From: Candidatus Latescibacterota bacterium
GTDB taxonomy: Bacteria > Latescibacterota > UBA2968 > SICM01
DNA length: 64,000 nt
Direction: 5' to 3'
NCBI GenBank assembly: GCA_965217865.1
Contig: CBDCJO010000002.1
Span: forward strand, 2,784,001-2,848,000
Program-made: the position numbers and the translations under genes
Notes under the pieces: generated by a model
What the model saw: the letters and a program-made list of their open reading frames with translations, nothing else
Databases searched by the model: none
Told to the model about the DNA's origin: nothing
Part shown: positions 34,683-45,199 of the stretch, in pieces
Numbering within the stretch: the stretch's first letter is position 1
How the letters are laid out: each line of letters opens with the position of its first letter

Positions 34683-35414
34683 ATGGATGACCAGTTGAAC
34701 TTCTTCAAAGAAAACGGTTACCTTGTGGTTCCGAACGTTCTTACGCCCGATGAAGTGGAAACCATTAATGAAGCGATCGACCGTGACCTCGCCGAAAACA
34801 AACCGATGTGGATGGATCGGAAAAACGGTCGACTCCAGACGGTCCACATCCTGCTGGCCTCCCCTGACCTCGACTTCACCATGCGCCCCCCAAAATTACT
34901 TCCCTTGATGCAGGCCATCATGGGAAACGATCTCTGCGCTGAGGAACATTCCGTCATGATCCGCTCCGCGAATTCCGACGGATCTGAGGAGTGCCGCTGG
35001 CACCGCGATGGCGGAGGGATCGGTGAACCGCCGTACTATACCCAAAGGCTCTCGATCGTATTTTATCTTACCGATGTTGACGAAACCACGCATACGTTCA
35101 GCGTGCTTCCGGGAACAGCGCAGTCGTCGGAGCTGGTACCGCTCGAAGCCTATGACCTCGGAACGGCTGAGCACATCGTCGGTCCCGCTGGCACGGCGAT
35201 TCTTTTCAACGCCTCGATGTTCCACGCAGGCAACGTTCGAAAAACCGAGTCGGAACGTCGCACCATCCACATCTATTGCGGCCGAACCACAGATCCACCC
35301 ATGAGCAATTCCACTGTCTTCCCGCGTCGCCTTTGGGAGGGAAAAGACGAAGCGACAGTGAAATTTTATAGCCGCCCCAACCCGATCACCAGACTGCTCC
35401 TGGATCGATTTTGA
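34683..35414 (+). CDS. PhyH-family dioxygenase
   Basis: FFKENGYLVVPNVL, WHRD, YLTDVD and FHAG. Confidence 0.88.
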   Translation: MDDQLNFFKENGYLVVPNVLTPDEVETINEAIDRDLAENKPMWMDRKNGRLQTVHILLASPDLDFTMRPPKLLPLMQAIMGNDLCAEEHSVMIRSANSDGSEECRWHRDGGGIGEPPYYTQRLSIVFYLTDVDETTHTFSVLPGTAQSSELVPLEAYDLGTAEHIVGPAGTAILFNASMFHAGNVRKTESERRTIHIYCGRTTDPPMSNSTVFPRRLWEGKDEATVKFYSRPNPITRLLLDRF

Positions 35415-35504
35415 TCGTTCGATCCATATGAAGTTGACTTTTTTCTTGCGCCATTCAGGCAAGTTTAATATCTTGAGATCGGTCGATTTAGGCTTAAATC
35501 TTGT

Positions 35505-35578
35505 GCGCCAGTAGCTCAACCGGATAGAGCCATGGACTTCTAATCCATCGGTTGCGGGTTCGAGTCCTGCCTGGCGCG
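35505..35578 (+). tRNA. tRNA-Arg(TCT)
   Basis: Acceptor stem GCGCCAG/CTGGCGC, anticodon arm ATGGA-CTTCTAA-TCCAT, GGTTCGAGTCC T-arm; CCA not encoded. Confidence 0.96.
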
Positions 35579-35595
35579 AAAGAAATAAATAATAC

Positions 35596-35670
35596 GGTGA
35601 GTGTAGCTCAACTGGTTAGAGCATCTGACTGTGGCTCAGAAGGCTGGGGGTTCAAGTCCCCTCACTCACC
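35596..35670 (+). tRNA. tRNA-His(GTG)
   Basis: G-1 plus GTGAGTG/CACTCAC-C, anticodon arm TCTGA-CTGTGGC-TCAGA, GGTTCAAGTCC T-arm. Confidence 0.96.
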
Positions 35671-35735
35671 CAGAAGGTCAAAACTTGATAAGCGTTCGGC
35701 TGACGGCTGAACGCTTAACTTTTTTAGAGGAAAAG

Positions 35736-36989
35736 ATGAACTCACCCATTCCACCTCACGGAGGACTTTCTGAACCGGTCGTCCGGATGGTACCGGAAAA
35801 TGAGATTCATGAAGTCGAGAAATTCGCCCGGGGTCTCCGGAGAATCCCGATCAACAACGCAGATCTTTCGACCTTGAACCGGATCGGGGATGGAGGCCTC
35901 AGTCCTTTGGCCGGGTTTATGGATCGTAAATCATTCGAACGTGTGCTGGACGAAGAGACGATCCATCATAACGGGAAGGCCTATGCCTGGGCTATTCCAC
36001 TATCGTTATCCGCAAGCGAAGAGGACGCAAAAAGGCTGAAAACCGGGGAAACGGTTGCGCTCGTCGATCCCTCCGGTCGGATCGTCGCGACGCTTGTGGT
36101 CTCGGACGTCTTCCAATTCGAAAAGTCGAAATATAACGAGGTCGTCTATGGGACCACACGGACAGACCATCCCGGAGCTCGGATCACCCTGAATGACCCC
36201 AGAGCGGTTCTGCTGGGCGGGGAGGTCCGCGTCCTTCCCCAACCGAAAAATCCGGAATACGGGGAATACCAATTGACGCCACATCAGACTCGAGCCCTGT
36301 TTGTTGAACGAGAATGGGAACGGATCCTGGCATTTCAAACCCGCAATCCGCTTCATCGGGCACACGAATACGCCCTTGTTGCGGGAATCGAGCGCCTGAC
36401 GCGAGAAGGACACTTTGCCGGCGTAGTACTCAATCCGCTTGTCGGTGAGACCAAGACCGATGACGTCGATGCCGCCGTCCGAATGCGTTGTTACCGGGTC
36501 CTTGTGGAAAATCGACTTCTTGGGAAAGGTGACAAGACCGAGGATCTCTGGAATTCGAAAGGTTATGATATTACCGACCAGTTTCTCCTTATCGCACTGG
36601 ACATAAAAATGTTTTATGCGGGGCCGAAGGAAGCAGTTATGCACGCCATCTACCGCCAGAACTTCGGGTTCACGGACATCGTGATTGGAAGGAAACACGC
36701 GGATGCCCCCTTCGACGACGGCACGCCGATCTGGGGGGATTTCGACGCGCAGGAGAAGTTTACGAAGTTAAACGGAGAGCTGCTGATAAAGAACTGCAAC
36801 ATCGGTTTTGCGGCTTATTATGAGCAACTTGGGCGGGTCGGGCTGGTCGACGAGTACAGCGATAAAGGCTGGAGTATGGTCTCGATCAGCGGTTCAAAAC
36901 TCCGTGGGATGTTTCGAAAGGGGGAGGTGCCCGACGAACGCGTCATCCGCCGGGAGGTGTCGGAGATCCTTATCGAGAGCTACCGTTGA
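35736..36989 (+). CDS. sat: Sulfate adenylyltransferase
   Basis: PPHGG, GGLSPLAGFM, AFQTRNPLHRAHEY, MFYAGPKEAVMHAIYRQNFG and ISGSKLR; the track start at 35631 lies inside tRNA-His, so ATG 35736 was used. Confidence 0.95.
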   Translation: MNSPIPPHGGLSEPVVRMVPENEIHEVEKFARGLRRIPINNADLSTLNRIGDGGLSPLAGFMDRKSFERVLDEETIHHNGKAYAWAIPLSLSASEEDAKRLKTGETVALVDPSGRIVATLVVSDVFQFEKSKYNEVVYGTTRTDHPGARITLNDPRAVLLGGEVRVLPQPKNPEYGEYQLTPHQTRALFVEREWERILAFQTRNPLHRAHEYALVAGIERLTREGHFAGVVLNPLVGETKTDDVDAAVRMRCYRVLVENRLLGKGDKTEDLWNSKGYDITDQFLLIALDIKMFYAGPKEAVMHAIYRQNFGFTDIVIGRKHADAPFDDGTPIWGDFDAQEKFTKLNGELLIKNCNIGFAAYYEQLGRVGLVDEYSDKGWSMVSISGSKLRGMFRKGEVPDERVIRREVSEILIESYR

Positions 36990-37564
36990 ATCGAGAAGTG
37001 CGTCAACCGCTGGAATGCGTGGAGTCCTGGAACAACGGAACTTGGACCGTGGGTAAAATCGTATCCTGTGAAAATCTCTTGAAAATCATCGCCGAGGTTC
37101 GGTTGGATGGCGGAAAGATTGTGTTCACCAACGGCTGTTTCGACCTCCTGCACACCGGGCACGTCACGTATCTGAATGAGGCGAAGGGTTTGGGAGATCT
37201 TTTGGTGGTGGGACTGAACAACGACGCTTCCGTGCGCCGGCTAAAAGGCCCTGGGCGACCCGTCAAGCCGGTCGACCAAAGAGCCGAGGCCCTCATAGAA
37301 CTTCCCTGCGTGGACTACGTCTGCGTCTTCGAGGAGGATACCCCAGAATGTCTTATCTCAGCTGTCCGACCTAATGTGCTTGCCAAAGGGGGGGATTATC
37401 GGGTCGAGGAAGTCGTGGGGGCGGATATCCTCCGTGCTTACGGGGGACAGGTCGTGACGCTCTCTTACGTGAAGGGGGAATCCACGACGGAGTTTTTACA
37501 GGGAGTGAAGGCCTTTCAAAATGAAGAAAGGAAAGGCAACCAACCGGATAAGCCGGTCCAGTGA
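36986..37564 (+). CDS. rfaE2: D-glycero-beta-D-manno-heptose 1-phosphate adenylyltransferase (start may be GTG 37049)
   Basis: VFTNGCFDLLHTGH, GLNNDASVRRLKGPGRP, KGGDY and STT. Confidence 0.9.
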   Translation: MNREVRQPLECVESWNNGTWTVGKIVSCENLLKIIAEVRLDGGKIVFTNGCFDLLHTGHVTYLNEAKGLGDLLVVGLNNDASVRRLKGPGRPVKPVDQRAEALIELPCVDYVCVFEEDTPECLISAVRPNVLAKGGDYRVEEVVGADILRAYGGQVVTLSYVKGESTTEFLQGVKAFQNEERKGNQPDKPVQ

Positions 37565-37633
37565 AGTCCCGTCCCTAGCCCACAGCACCCAACATTCAAT
37601 CCCTGGAATTACTATATATTTTTAGGGAAGGTC

Positions 37634-38476
37634 ATGCCAGATCCGTTCACGCCACAGAAGTCCGACCGGTTCACATTCGGTTTGTGGACCGTGGGAAATG
37701 TCGGACGAGACCCGTTCGGCGAACCCGTTCGAAATCCGATTCCCCCGACGCGGATAGTGGAGCGACTGAGCAAACTCGGGGCCTACGGCGTTAACCTTCA
37801 CGACAACGACCTGGTCCCGATCCACGCCACCGCAGCCGAGCGGGACGGGATCGTGAGGGAATTCAAGAAGGCGCTCGCAGACCACGACATGAGAGTGCCC
37901 ATGGCAACGACCAACACCTTCAGCCATCCGGTTTTTCGGGACGGCGGGTTCACTTCGAACGACCCCAAAGTGCGCGCATACGGACTCCAGAAAATCATGT
38001 CAGCCATCGACCTCGGGATCGAGCTCGGGGCGAAGATTTATGTCTTCTGGGGAGGACGAGAGGGTGCGGAATCAAACATCACGAAAGACCCCGTGACCGC
38101 CGTGAAAAGATATCGTGATGGGATCAATTTCCTGTGCGAATATGTGATCGATCAGGGATACGATCTCAAGTTCGCGCTGGAAGCGAAGCCGAATGAACCC
38201 CGGGCGGACATGTATTTCGCGACCACTGGGCACTACCTCGGATTCATCGAAACCCTCGAGCATCCTGAGATGGTGGGTGTAAATCCCGAAGTCGCCCACG
38301 AACACATGGCCGGACTCTGTTTCCATCACGTTGTGGCGCAGGCCCTGGAGGCGGGAAAACTGTTTCACATCGACCTGAACGACCAGAGGTTCGGACGCTA
38401 CGATCAAGATTTTCGATTCGGTTCTGAGGACTACAAGGGGGCGTTCTTCCTGGTCCGCCTCCTGATCAGCTTTTGA
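37634..38476 (+). pseudogene. xylA: Xylose isomerase (class I), 3'-truncated
   Basis: [39 protein letters not shown] and FHIDLN..YDQD; homology stops at FLVRLL and roughly the last 100 aa are missing. Confidence 0.9.
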
Positions 38477-38612
38477 CCGAGATCCTTCTCGGGGTCAGGT
38501 AAAAGCTGCACTTACCAAAAAAATATGCCCTCCGCCTTTCCGGTCACCCTATACGGGTTCCTACCGGGCGAAGGGCCAGACCAATCGGTACCACTCAGAT
38601 GGTTATAAAATT

Positions 38613-38629
38613 TGCAAGTGCCGTGCCAA
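38613..38629 (-). promoter_or_regulatory. Sigma-54 (-24/-12) promoter
   Basis: Minus strand TTGGCACGGCACTTGCA: GG-N10-GC with a near-perfect consensus. Confidence 0.75.
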
Positions 38630-39011
38630 TCACCCTGAATATAGGATATTTCGAAACGCCAGACAGGAGCTTACCCAAAAGCGACACCATATATTTAATC
38701 GTCTTTCCGGGATTGAATTATCGGTTCCTATCAATCATTATTTCCGGGAGAGACAACCTTGGGGTCTCTATATAACATAACAAATAATAATATCTTAATT
38801 TGTAGTTCTGGCCAACCAGAAGGCCTATCCTTTGCGGGGAGATCCTTTACGGAGCCGGACGGACATGCCGAAGTATTCAGGGAGAAGAGGCAATAATCGT
38901 GGCTGATAACCACAGATGGCATTTTTGACAAATGCACGAGATTGGGCATCAAAGAAATAAATAGATTAATCTGGTCAGACGATTTTTCCTAAAAAGCAGG
39001 AAGGAATTGCC

Positions 39012-40298
39012 TTGAAAGAGATGCTTGAAGTCAAACCCCTGAACCGTCCCGTGGATGCAACCCTCACCGTTCCCGGATCCAAGAGCTACACCAACCGGGC
39101 CCTGGTGATGGCCGCCCTTGCCGACGGTCACTCGATCCTCCACAATGCCCTCTTCAGCGACGATACACAGCATATGATCGAATCCCTGGGCCGCCTGGGT
39201 ATCGAAGCCATTCCCGATGAAGGGCGGTCGCTCGTAGAAGTCACGGGTTGCGCGGGGAAAATCCCGGCCCCCGCAGCAGACCTGTTCGTTGGAAACTCCG
39301 GGACCTGCGCTCGATTCCTGACCGGGGTCGTCGCCCTCGGACACGGAAGATACACCATCGACGGTGTCCAGCGTATGCGGGAACGTCCCATCGGGGACCT
39401 TCTGGAAGCCCTGAAACCTCTGGGCGTACGGGCGACCTCGAAATACGACAACTGCTGTCCCCCCGTGATCGTGGAAGCAAACGGAATGTCCGGTGGGACC
39501 ACCCAAATCCCGGGGGAGACCAGCAGCCAGTATACCAGCGCCATCATGCTGGCCGCTCCCTGTGCCCAGAATGACGTCGAGATTAACGTGGTGGGAGATC
39601 TCGTATCCAAGCCATACATCGATATCACATTGGCAGGAATGGAGGCCTTCGGGGCCAAGTTTGAACACCGGGACGATCTCCGTTTTCGCATCCGCGGGGG
39701 CACGGGCTATCTCGGCCGGGAATATGAAATCGAACCGGACGCTTCAACCGCCGCATACTTTTGGGCTGCTGCCGCACTCACGGGGGGGCGGGCCCGGGTC
39801 CGACACCTGAACCTCACGTCCGCTCAGGGAGACGTTCACTTTGTGGATGTCCTGGAAAAAATGGGCTGCCGCGTCGAAGTTGCGCAGGACTTTATCGAAG
39901 TGACGGGACCGAAAAAACTCCGTGGGATCGACGTGGATCTGAACAGGATGCCAGATACGGCCCAGACCCTCGCAGCCATCGCCCCCTTCGCCGATGGGCC
40001 CACGACCATCCGCAACATCGCCTCCCTCCGGATCAAGGAGACCGATCGGATCGCCGCCGTTGTGACTGAACTCAGGAAACTGGGCGTGCACGCCGTGGAA
40101 CATCCCGACGGCCTCGTCATCCCTCCTGCAAAGCGAATCCACCCGGCGGCCATCGATACCCACGATGATCACCGGATGGCCATGAGCTTCGCCCTGGTTG
40201 GATTGAAGGCCGAGGGTATTCTGATCGACAATCCGGACTGCGTTACCAAGACCTTCCCGGGATACTTTGATAAACTGGGAACATTAGGAGGAGATTAA
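39012..40298 (+). CDS. aroA: 3-phosphoshikimate 1-carboxyvinyltransferase
   Basis: PGSKSYTNRAL, GNSGTCARF, SSQY, RIKETDRI and DDHRMAMSF. Confidence 0.97.
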   Translation: MKEMLEVKPLNRPVDATLTVPGSKSYTNRALVMAALADGHSILHNALFSDDTQHMIESLGRLGIEAIPDEGRSLVEVTGCAGKIPAPAADLFVGNSGTCARFLTGVVALGHGRYTIDGVQRMRERPIGDLLEALKPLGVRATSKYDNCCPPVIVEANGMSGGTTQIPGETSSQYTSAIMLAAPCAQNDVEINVVGDLVSKPYIDITLAGMEAFGAKFEHRDDLRFRIRGGTGYLGREYEIEPDASTAAYFWAAAALTGGRARVRHLNLTSAQGDVHFVDVLEKMGCRVEVAQDFIEVTGPKKLRGIDVDLNRMPDTAQTLAAIAPFADGPTTIRNIASLRIKETDRIAAVVTELRKLGVHAVEHPDGLVIPPAKRIHPAAIDTHDDHRMAMSFALVGLKAEGILIDNPDCVTKTFPGYFDKLGTLGGD

Positions 40299-40330
40299 AG
40301 GCAACGGCTTCAGGAAAGTTTTCTGAGATC

Positions 40331-40360
40331 AAAAAAGGCGACCATCGCGGTCGCCTTTTT
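40331..40360. terminator. Bidirectional intrinsic terminator
   Basis: AAAAAAGGCGACC-atcgc-GGTCGCCTTTTT. Confidence 0.85.
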
Positions 40361-40501
40361 GTGTGTTCTTCTGAATTGCCGGGGGAGACGTTTAACTTAT
40401 TGTTTCATATATAGAAACATACTGGCAGCGGATGAATATGCGTGAATTCCTTCACAGATCGAACTGGACCCAGCTGGCCTAATTTCCTTTAAGGAGAAGT
40501 C

Positions 40502-42605
40502 ATGAGCCAAGACGAAATGACGGGGCGCATATTGATCGTGGATGACACCCTGAAAAATATCCAGGTCCTGGGAACCATTCTCAGAAAGGAAGAATACCAG
40601 ATCAACGTCGCCCAGAACGGACTTCAGGCCATCAAAATGGCCGAAACGGTCATCCCCGATCTGATCCTGCTGGACGTCATGATGCCCGAACTGGACGGGT
40701 TCGAAACCTGCAAAAGGCTGAAGACAGCCTCGGACACCAAAGATATTCCCGTCATCTTCCTGACCGCGCAATGGAATCGAAACTCCTTCACCAGGCCACC
40801 CAGATCGCAGCCGAGACCGATTCCTTCGAGGAGTCGCTGCAGAAATGTCTGAATGTCGTCTGCGAACTGACGGGCTGGCACGTCGGACACGTCTACCTGC
40901 CCGCGAGGGGCATTCGGTTTCCCCATTAAGATCAAGGGGGAGCTGGTTGCGGTTCTGGAGTTCTTCACGGAGGAAGAGATGACGCCGGATGAGCAGTTAC
41001 TCCAGACGGCTCGCAGTGTCGGCGATCAGGTGGGGCGGGTCCTCGAACGCCGGCGAGGACAGGAAGAGTTGGAAGCAGCCAAAGAAGCGGCTGAGCATTC
41101 TGCAGAGGAAGCCGAATCCGCAAACCAAGCGAAAAGCGCTTTTCTGGCCAACATGAGCCACGAGATTCGCACCCCGATGAACGCCATCCTCGGATTCACG
41201 GAGATCCTGGGGGGGCTGATCGATGCCCCGCAGCAGAGGGAATACCTGTCGTCCATCCAGTCCAGCGGAAAGTCCCTCCTCACCCTGATCAACGATATCC
41301 TGGACCTTTCCAAGGTGGAGGCGGGAAAATTCGAGCTGGAATATTCGGGCACCAATCCGCGCCAGGTGTTCTCCGAAATGAAGCAGATCTTCTCCCAGAA
41401 GGTGAGCGAGAAGGGACTCGAGTTTCAGGTGGAGATCGACCCGGATCTCCCCGAGGCCCTTATCCTGGACGAGGTACGGCTCAGGCAGATCCTGGTCAAC
41501 CTGGTCGGTAACGCCGTGAAGTTCACGGAATCGGGGCACGTCAGGCTGGCGGTCCGGAACCGCTACCCCGAACGGGACCACAGCACGCTGGACCTGATCT
41601 TTGAGGTGACGGATACGGGGATCGGCATCCCTGAGGAACAACGCGAATCGATCTTCGGGGCCTTTGAGCAGCAGAAGGATCAGATTCACGCCAAGTTCGG
41701 CGGGACAGGCCTCGGTCTGTCCATTTCCAAACGGCTCGTGGAGCTGATGGGAGGGGAGATCTATGTGACGAGCGAAGTCGGAAAGGGAAGCACGTTCCAC
41801 GTGAATATCAAAAACGTGACGGTCGCTTCCGTGTCCGACCTCCGAACCCTAGAAGCGCCCGCCATCGACGTGGACGCCGTCATTTTCGATCGCGCAACGA
41901 TCCTGATTACGGATGACATCGAAGTCAACCGGAACCTCGTGAAGGGCTATCTCGAGCAGTACGATTTCAACCTGCTTGAGGCGGAAAACGGCGAAGAGGC
42001 CATCAAAGTCTGCAAGGAACAGCGTCCCGACATGGTACTGATGGACATGAAGATGCCGGTGATGGACGGATTTGAGGCGACCCAGAAGATCAAACAGGAC
42101 GATGAAATCAAGGATATTCCGGTCGTCGCCCTGACGGCTTCTGCGATGAAACAGTCGGAGGACGAGATCAAGGGGATGTGCGACGGTTATCTGAGAAAAC
42201 CGGTCAGCAAATTAGAGCTTGTTGCCGAGCTGACCCTGTGGTTAAGCCACCAGATCGAAGATGCCCTTTCTGAAGCTCCGGAGATATCGGCTGAATCCGC
42301 CGAAGCATTCGATCCGGATACGCTTTCACCGGAGACCGTAAAAAGGCTTCCGGACCTGGCCTCGCATCTGGAGACACAGAAGGAAACCTGGGAAGAGCTG
42401 AGCAAAACCCTCACGATCAATGAGGTCGAAGAGTTCGCAAATCAGATCAAAGAAGCGGGAATAGAGTATGGCTATCCGCCGGGTGATTGCCTGGGGAGAC
42501 CGCCTGGCAGGTCAGGCCGGAATGTTCGACATGGACGGTATGGCAAAAAGTCTGGAGGCGTTTCCAAAGCTCATCCGGAACACGCAGTCCCTGGCACCGG
42601 GATAG
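40502..42605 (+). pseudogene. REC fragment fused to an internally deleted GAF hybrid histidine kinase (HisKA-HATPase-REC-helical tail)
   Basis: The REC domain stops at VIFLTA; GAF pieces (CELTGWHVGHVYLP | GAFGFPI..VLEFF); FLANMSHEIRTP; frameshift at about 42481 in the tail. Confidence 0.8.
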
Positions 42606-42659
42606 GTGGATCAATGGTGTCCAAGATTCATGTCCATTAGAATAACCTGAGGATTAGAT

Positions 42660-45195
42660 ATGAGCGAAGAAAATAAAAACCTCCGTATCCTGATCGTGGA
42701 CGATACCCTCAAAAACGTACAGGTCTTGGGAACCATCCTCAGGAAGGAGAACTATCAGATCAACGTCGCCCAGAACGGCCTGCAGGCCCTGGAAATGGTC
42801 GAAAAGTGTATCTATTCTGAGATAACAAGAGAAAAGCAGATAAAGGTCCAAGCAAGATTCAGGCAGCCTTGTGGATGGTCTGGGATGTTCTTTGCCGATT
42901 GATTTCTATGCGGCGCTGCCGAGCCTCCTCCTTTCGACCTTGTCGGTGGTGAAGAATCTTTTGATGCTGGCCTTTATGCCTCTGAAGAGGCGTGACATAC
43001 TGTATTGCCCCGTGATAGCGTTCGGCGTTGTAGCTGTGAATGAAGGAATCAATCAGGCCTTCCAGTTGATGGAATGTGAAGATGTCCTGGAAGCGCAGCC
43101 AGTCGTATTTGAATGTCCGGAAAAAGGCTTCGATCCAGGCGTTGTCCGTGGGTGTTTGATATCGGGCAAACAGCTGCGAGATGCCCAGGTCCTTGAAGAA
43201 TTGGGCCATCGATTTGGCCTTCATCTGAGATCCGTGATCTGAGAGGGCTGTCAAGCTTATGGGCCCAGTGTCCAGGTCCAGCAGTCCTTCGTTGGCAAGG
43301 GCTTGATCCCAGGCCTGTTTGACCTGCTCCACGGTCGCGTTGAAGGAGAGCTTCCATCCTACGATCTTCCTGGAATACACGTCGAGAATGGCGGTAAAAT
43401 ACAGGAACAAACCGAAAAATGGGATGTAGGTCAGGTCCCAGCTCCAGACCTGATTAGGACCTTCAGGTTTGACCTGGGGCTTGCTCTGCTTGACCGGCGT
43501 CCTCACCTGTTTCCTGCGTGCCAGACGTTCTTTCCTGGCCTGTCGGTAGAAGCTGGAGGCCGAGGCCTGCACTACCCCCTTCTCTGAGGCTACCACCGCC
43601 AGCTGATGGGGAGGCAGATCGGCATAGGTCTCATCCGTGTGGGGCCTCATCAGGGGCGGGCCCGGGCTTCCCATCCAAAAGCGGGTCCGACACCCCATCC
43701 AGCTTCTCTTCTCGATCTCGCCGGCTCCAGGCACAATACCGCTGGAGGGGAAGCTGTAGGATCTCGCAAGAACGGGTGAGTTTCACCCCTTTCTCCTTGG
43801 CCCGATGGACCATTAAGAGGATCTCGCGTTTGACCTCAGCTTGCACCCGGTGGCCCTTGATCGGGCCTGTCAGATCCCATTCACACTTTTTTTTAGCAGG
43901 GAAAGTTCCACAGATTGCTCAATGATCGTTTGCTCCAGGCGTGCCCGCTCTTTGCGCAGCTGCTCCACCTCCTCAGCCGATACCATCGGCTTGCGGCTCC
44001 GGCGACCCTTGAACTCCTTGAGGGCCCCGGACTTGACCGACTCACGAATACGCTTTAGATCCGAGGAATGAATGCCCCATTTCCGCAGCACCTGTGCAAT
44101 GGGAACATCTCCCCGGCTGGCTTCAAGGAAAATCTCATACTTCTGTTCCGGGGACAAGCTCCTGCGCTTCTTGACCGGGTCACTGTTTGAGGACAGTTGC
44201 TCCATCTTTACTCCTCCTGTGAGGTCAGGGATATCCCAAAATATGTATCCCTTCTCAACCCTACAGGCAACCAGGATCTTGCTTCGACCTTGCCCCCGTT
44301 TTTTCGGGCGATCTCAGACAAAAGATAAAAGGTCAAGCCCGACCTGATCCTCCTCGATGTCATGATGCCCGAGCTCGACGGGTTCGGTGCGTGCAAGCGG
44401 CTCAAAGAAAATCCGGAGACCCGGGACATCCCCGTGATCTTTCTCACCGCCAAAGTCGACACCGACGACCTCGTCCACGGCTTCGAACTGGGTGCGGTGG
44501 ACTATGTCACCAAACCCTTCAACCCCTACGAGCTGCTGGCCAGGGTCCATACCCACGTGCAGCTTCAGGCCGCGCGTCAAAAACTGGATAATCTGGCCGG
44601 AAACCTGTCCAAATACCTGTCTCCTCAGGTTTACGACTCCATGTTCTCCGGAAAGGAAGATGTCAAAATAGAATCCTACCGGAGGGACCTGACCGTCTTT
44701 TTCTCAGACATCGTCGAATTCGCCACGAAGACGGAGGCCATGAAACCACAGGAGCTCACCGAATGGCTCAACAACTACCTGGATGAAATGGCGGAAATCA
44801 TACTGGCTCACGAAGGCACCCTGGACAAATTCGTCGGGGACACAATTATGGGGTTCTTCGGAGATCCGCAGTCCTACGGCCCGGAGGCCGATGCCTTGAA
44901 ATGAATGGCCACGGAAATACAGGAGCGTTCCAGGCAGCTCGGCATCGACGTTCGTCTGGGCATCTCTTCCGGCGAATGCACCGTTGGCAACTTCGGCAGC
45001 CACGACCGTAAGGAATACACCATCTTCGGAGAGGCCGTCAACACGGCGTCGCGGCTCCTCAATGTTTCTGACCCGGGAAGGATCCTCGTCTCCGAGTCCA
45101 CCCATGACCGGATTAAGGACGCCATTCCCTGCCAACCCGGGGAAGATATCCAGCTCAAGGGATCCACGGAAAGCATCACGACATACTGGGTTTAA
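42660..45195 (+). pseudogene. Response regulator-adenylate/guanylate cyclase interrupted by an IS3-family element and a TGA
   Basis: ..LEMVEK | IS | VKPDLILLD..; cyclase motifs [18 protein letters not shown] and VNTASRL; TGA at 44902. Confidence 0.9.
42807..44328 (-). mobile_element. IS3-family insertion sequence (decayed)
   Basis: OrfA HTH 43870-44205 with an A8G slippery site, rve/DDE OrfB (WSWDLTY, DHGSQM, NAWIEAF); imperfect IRs of about 50 bp (AAGGTCCAAGCAAGAT / ATCTTGCTTCGACCTT); flanking AAG/AAAAG duplication. Confidence 0.9.
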
Positions 45196-45199
45196 GACC

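Noticed and set aside
35631-35735. Long N-terminal extension of sat in the ORF track
   Set aside because: It overlaps tRNA-His and its downstream hairpin; an RBS precedes ATG 35736.
44902-44904. TGA in the cyclase domain as selenocysteine
   Set aside because: The gene is already IS-disrupted, residues appear to be missing at the site, and there is no good SECIS hairpin.
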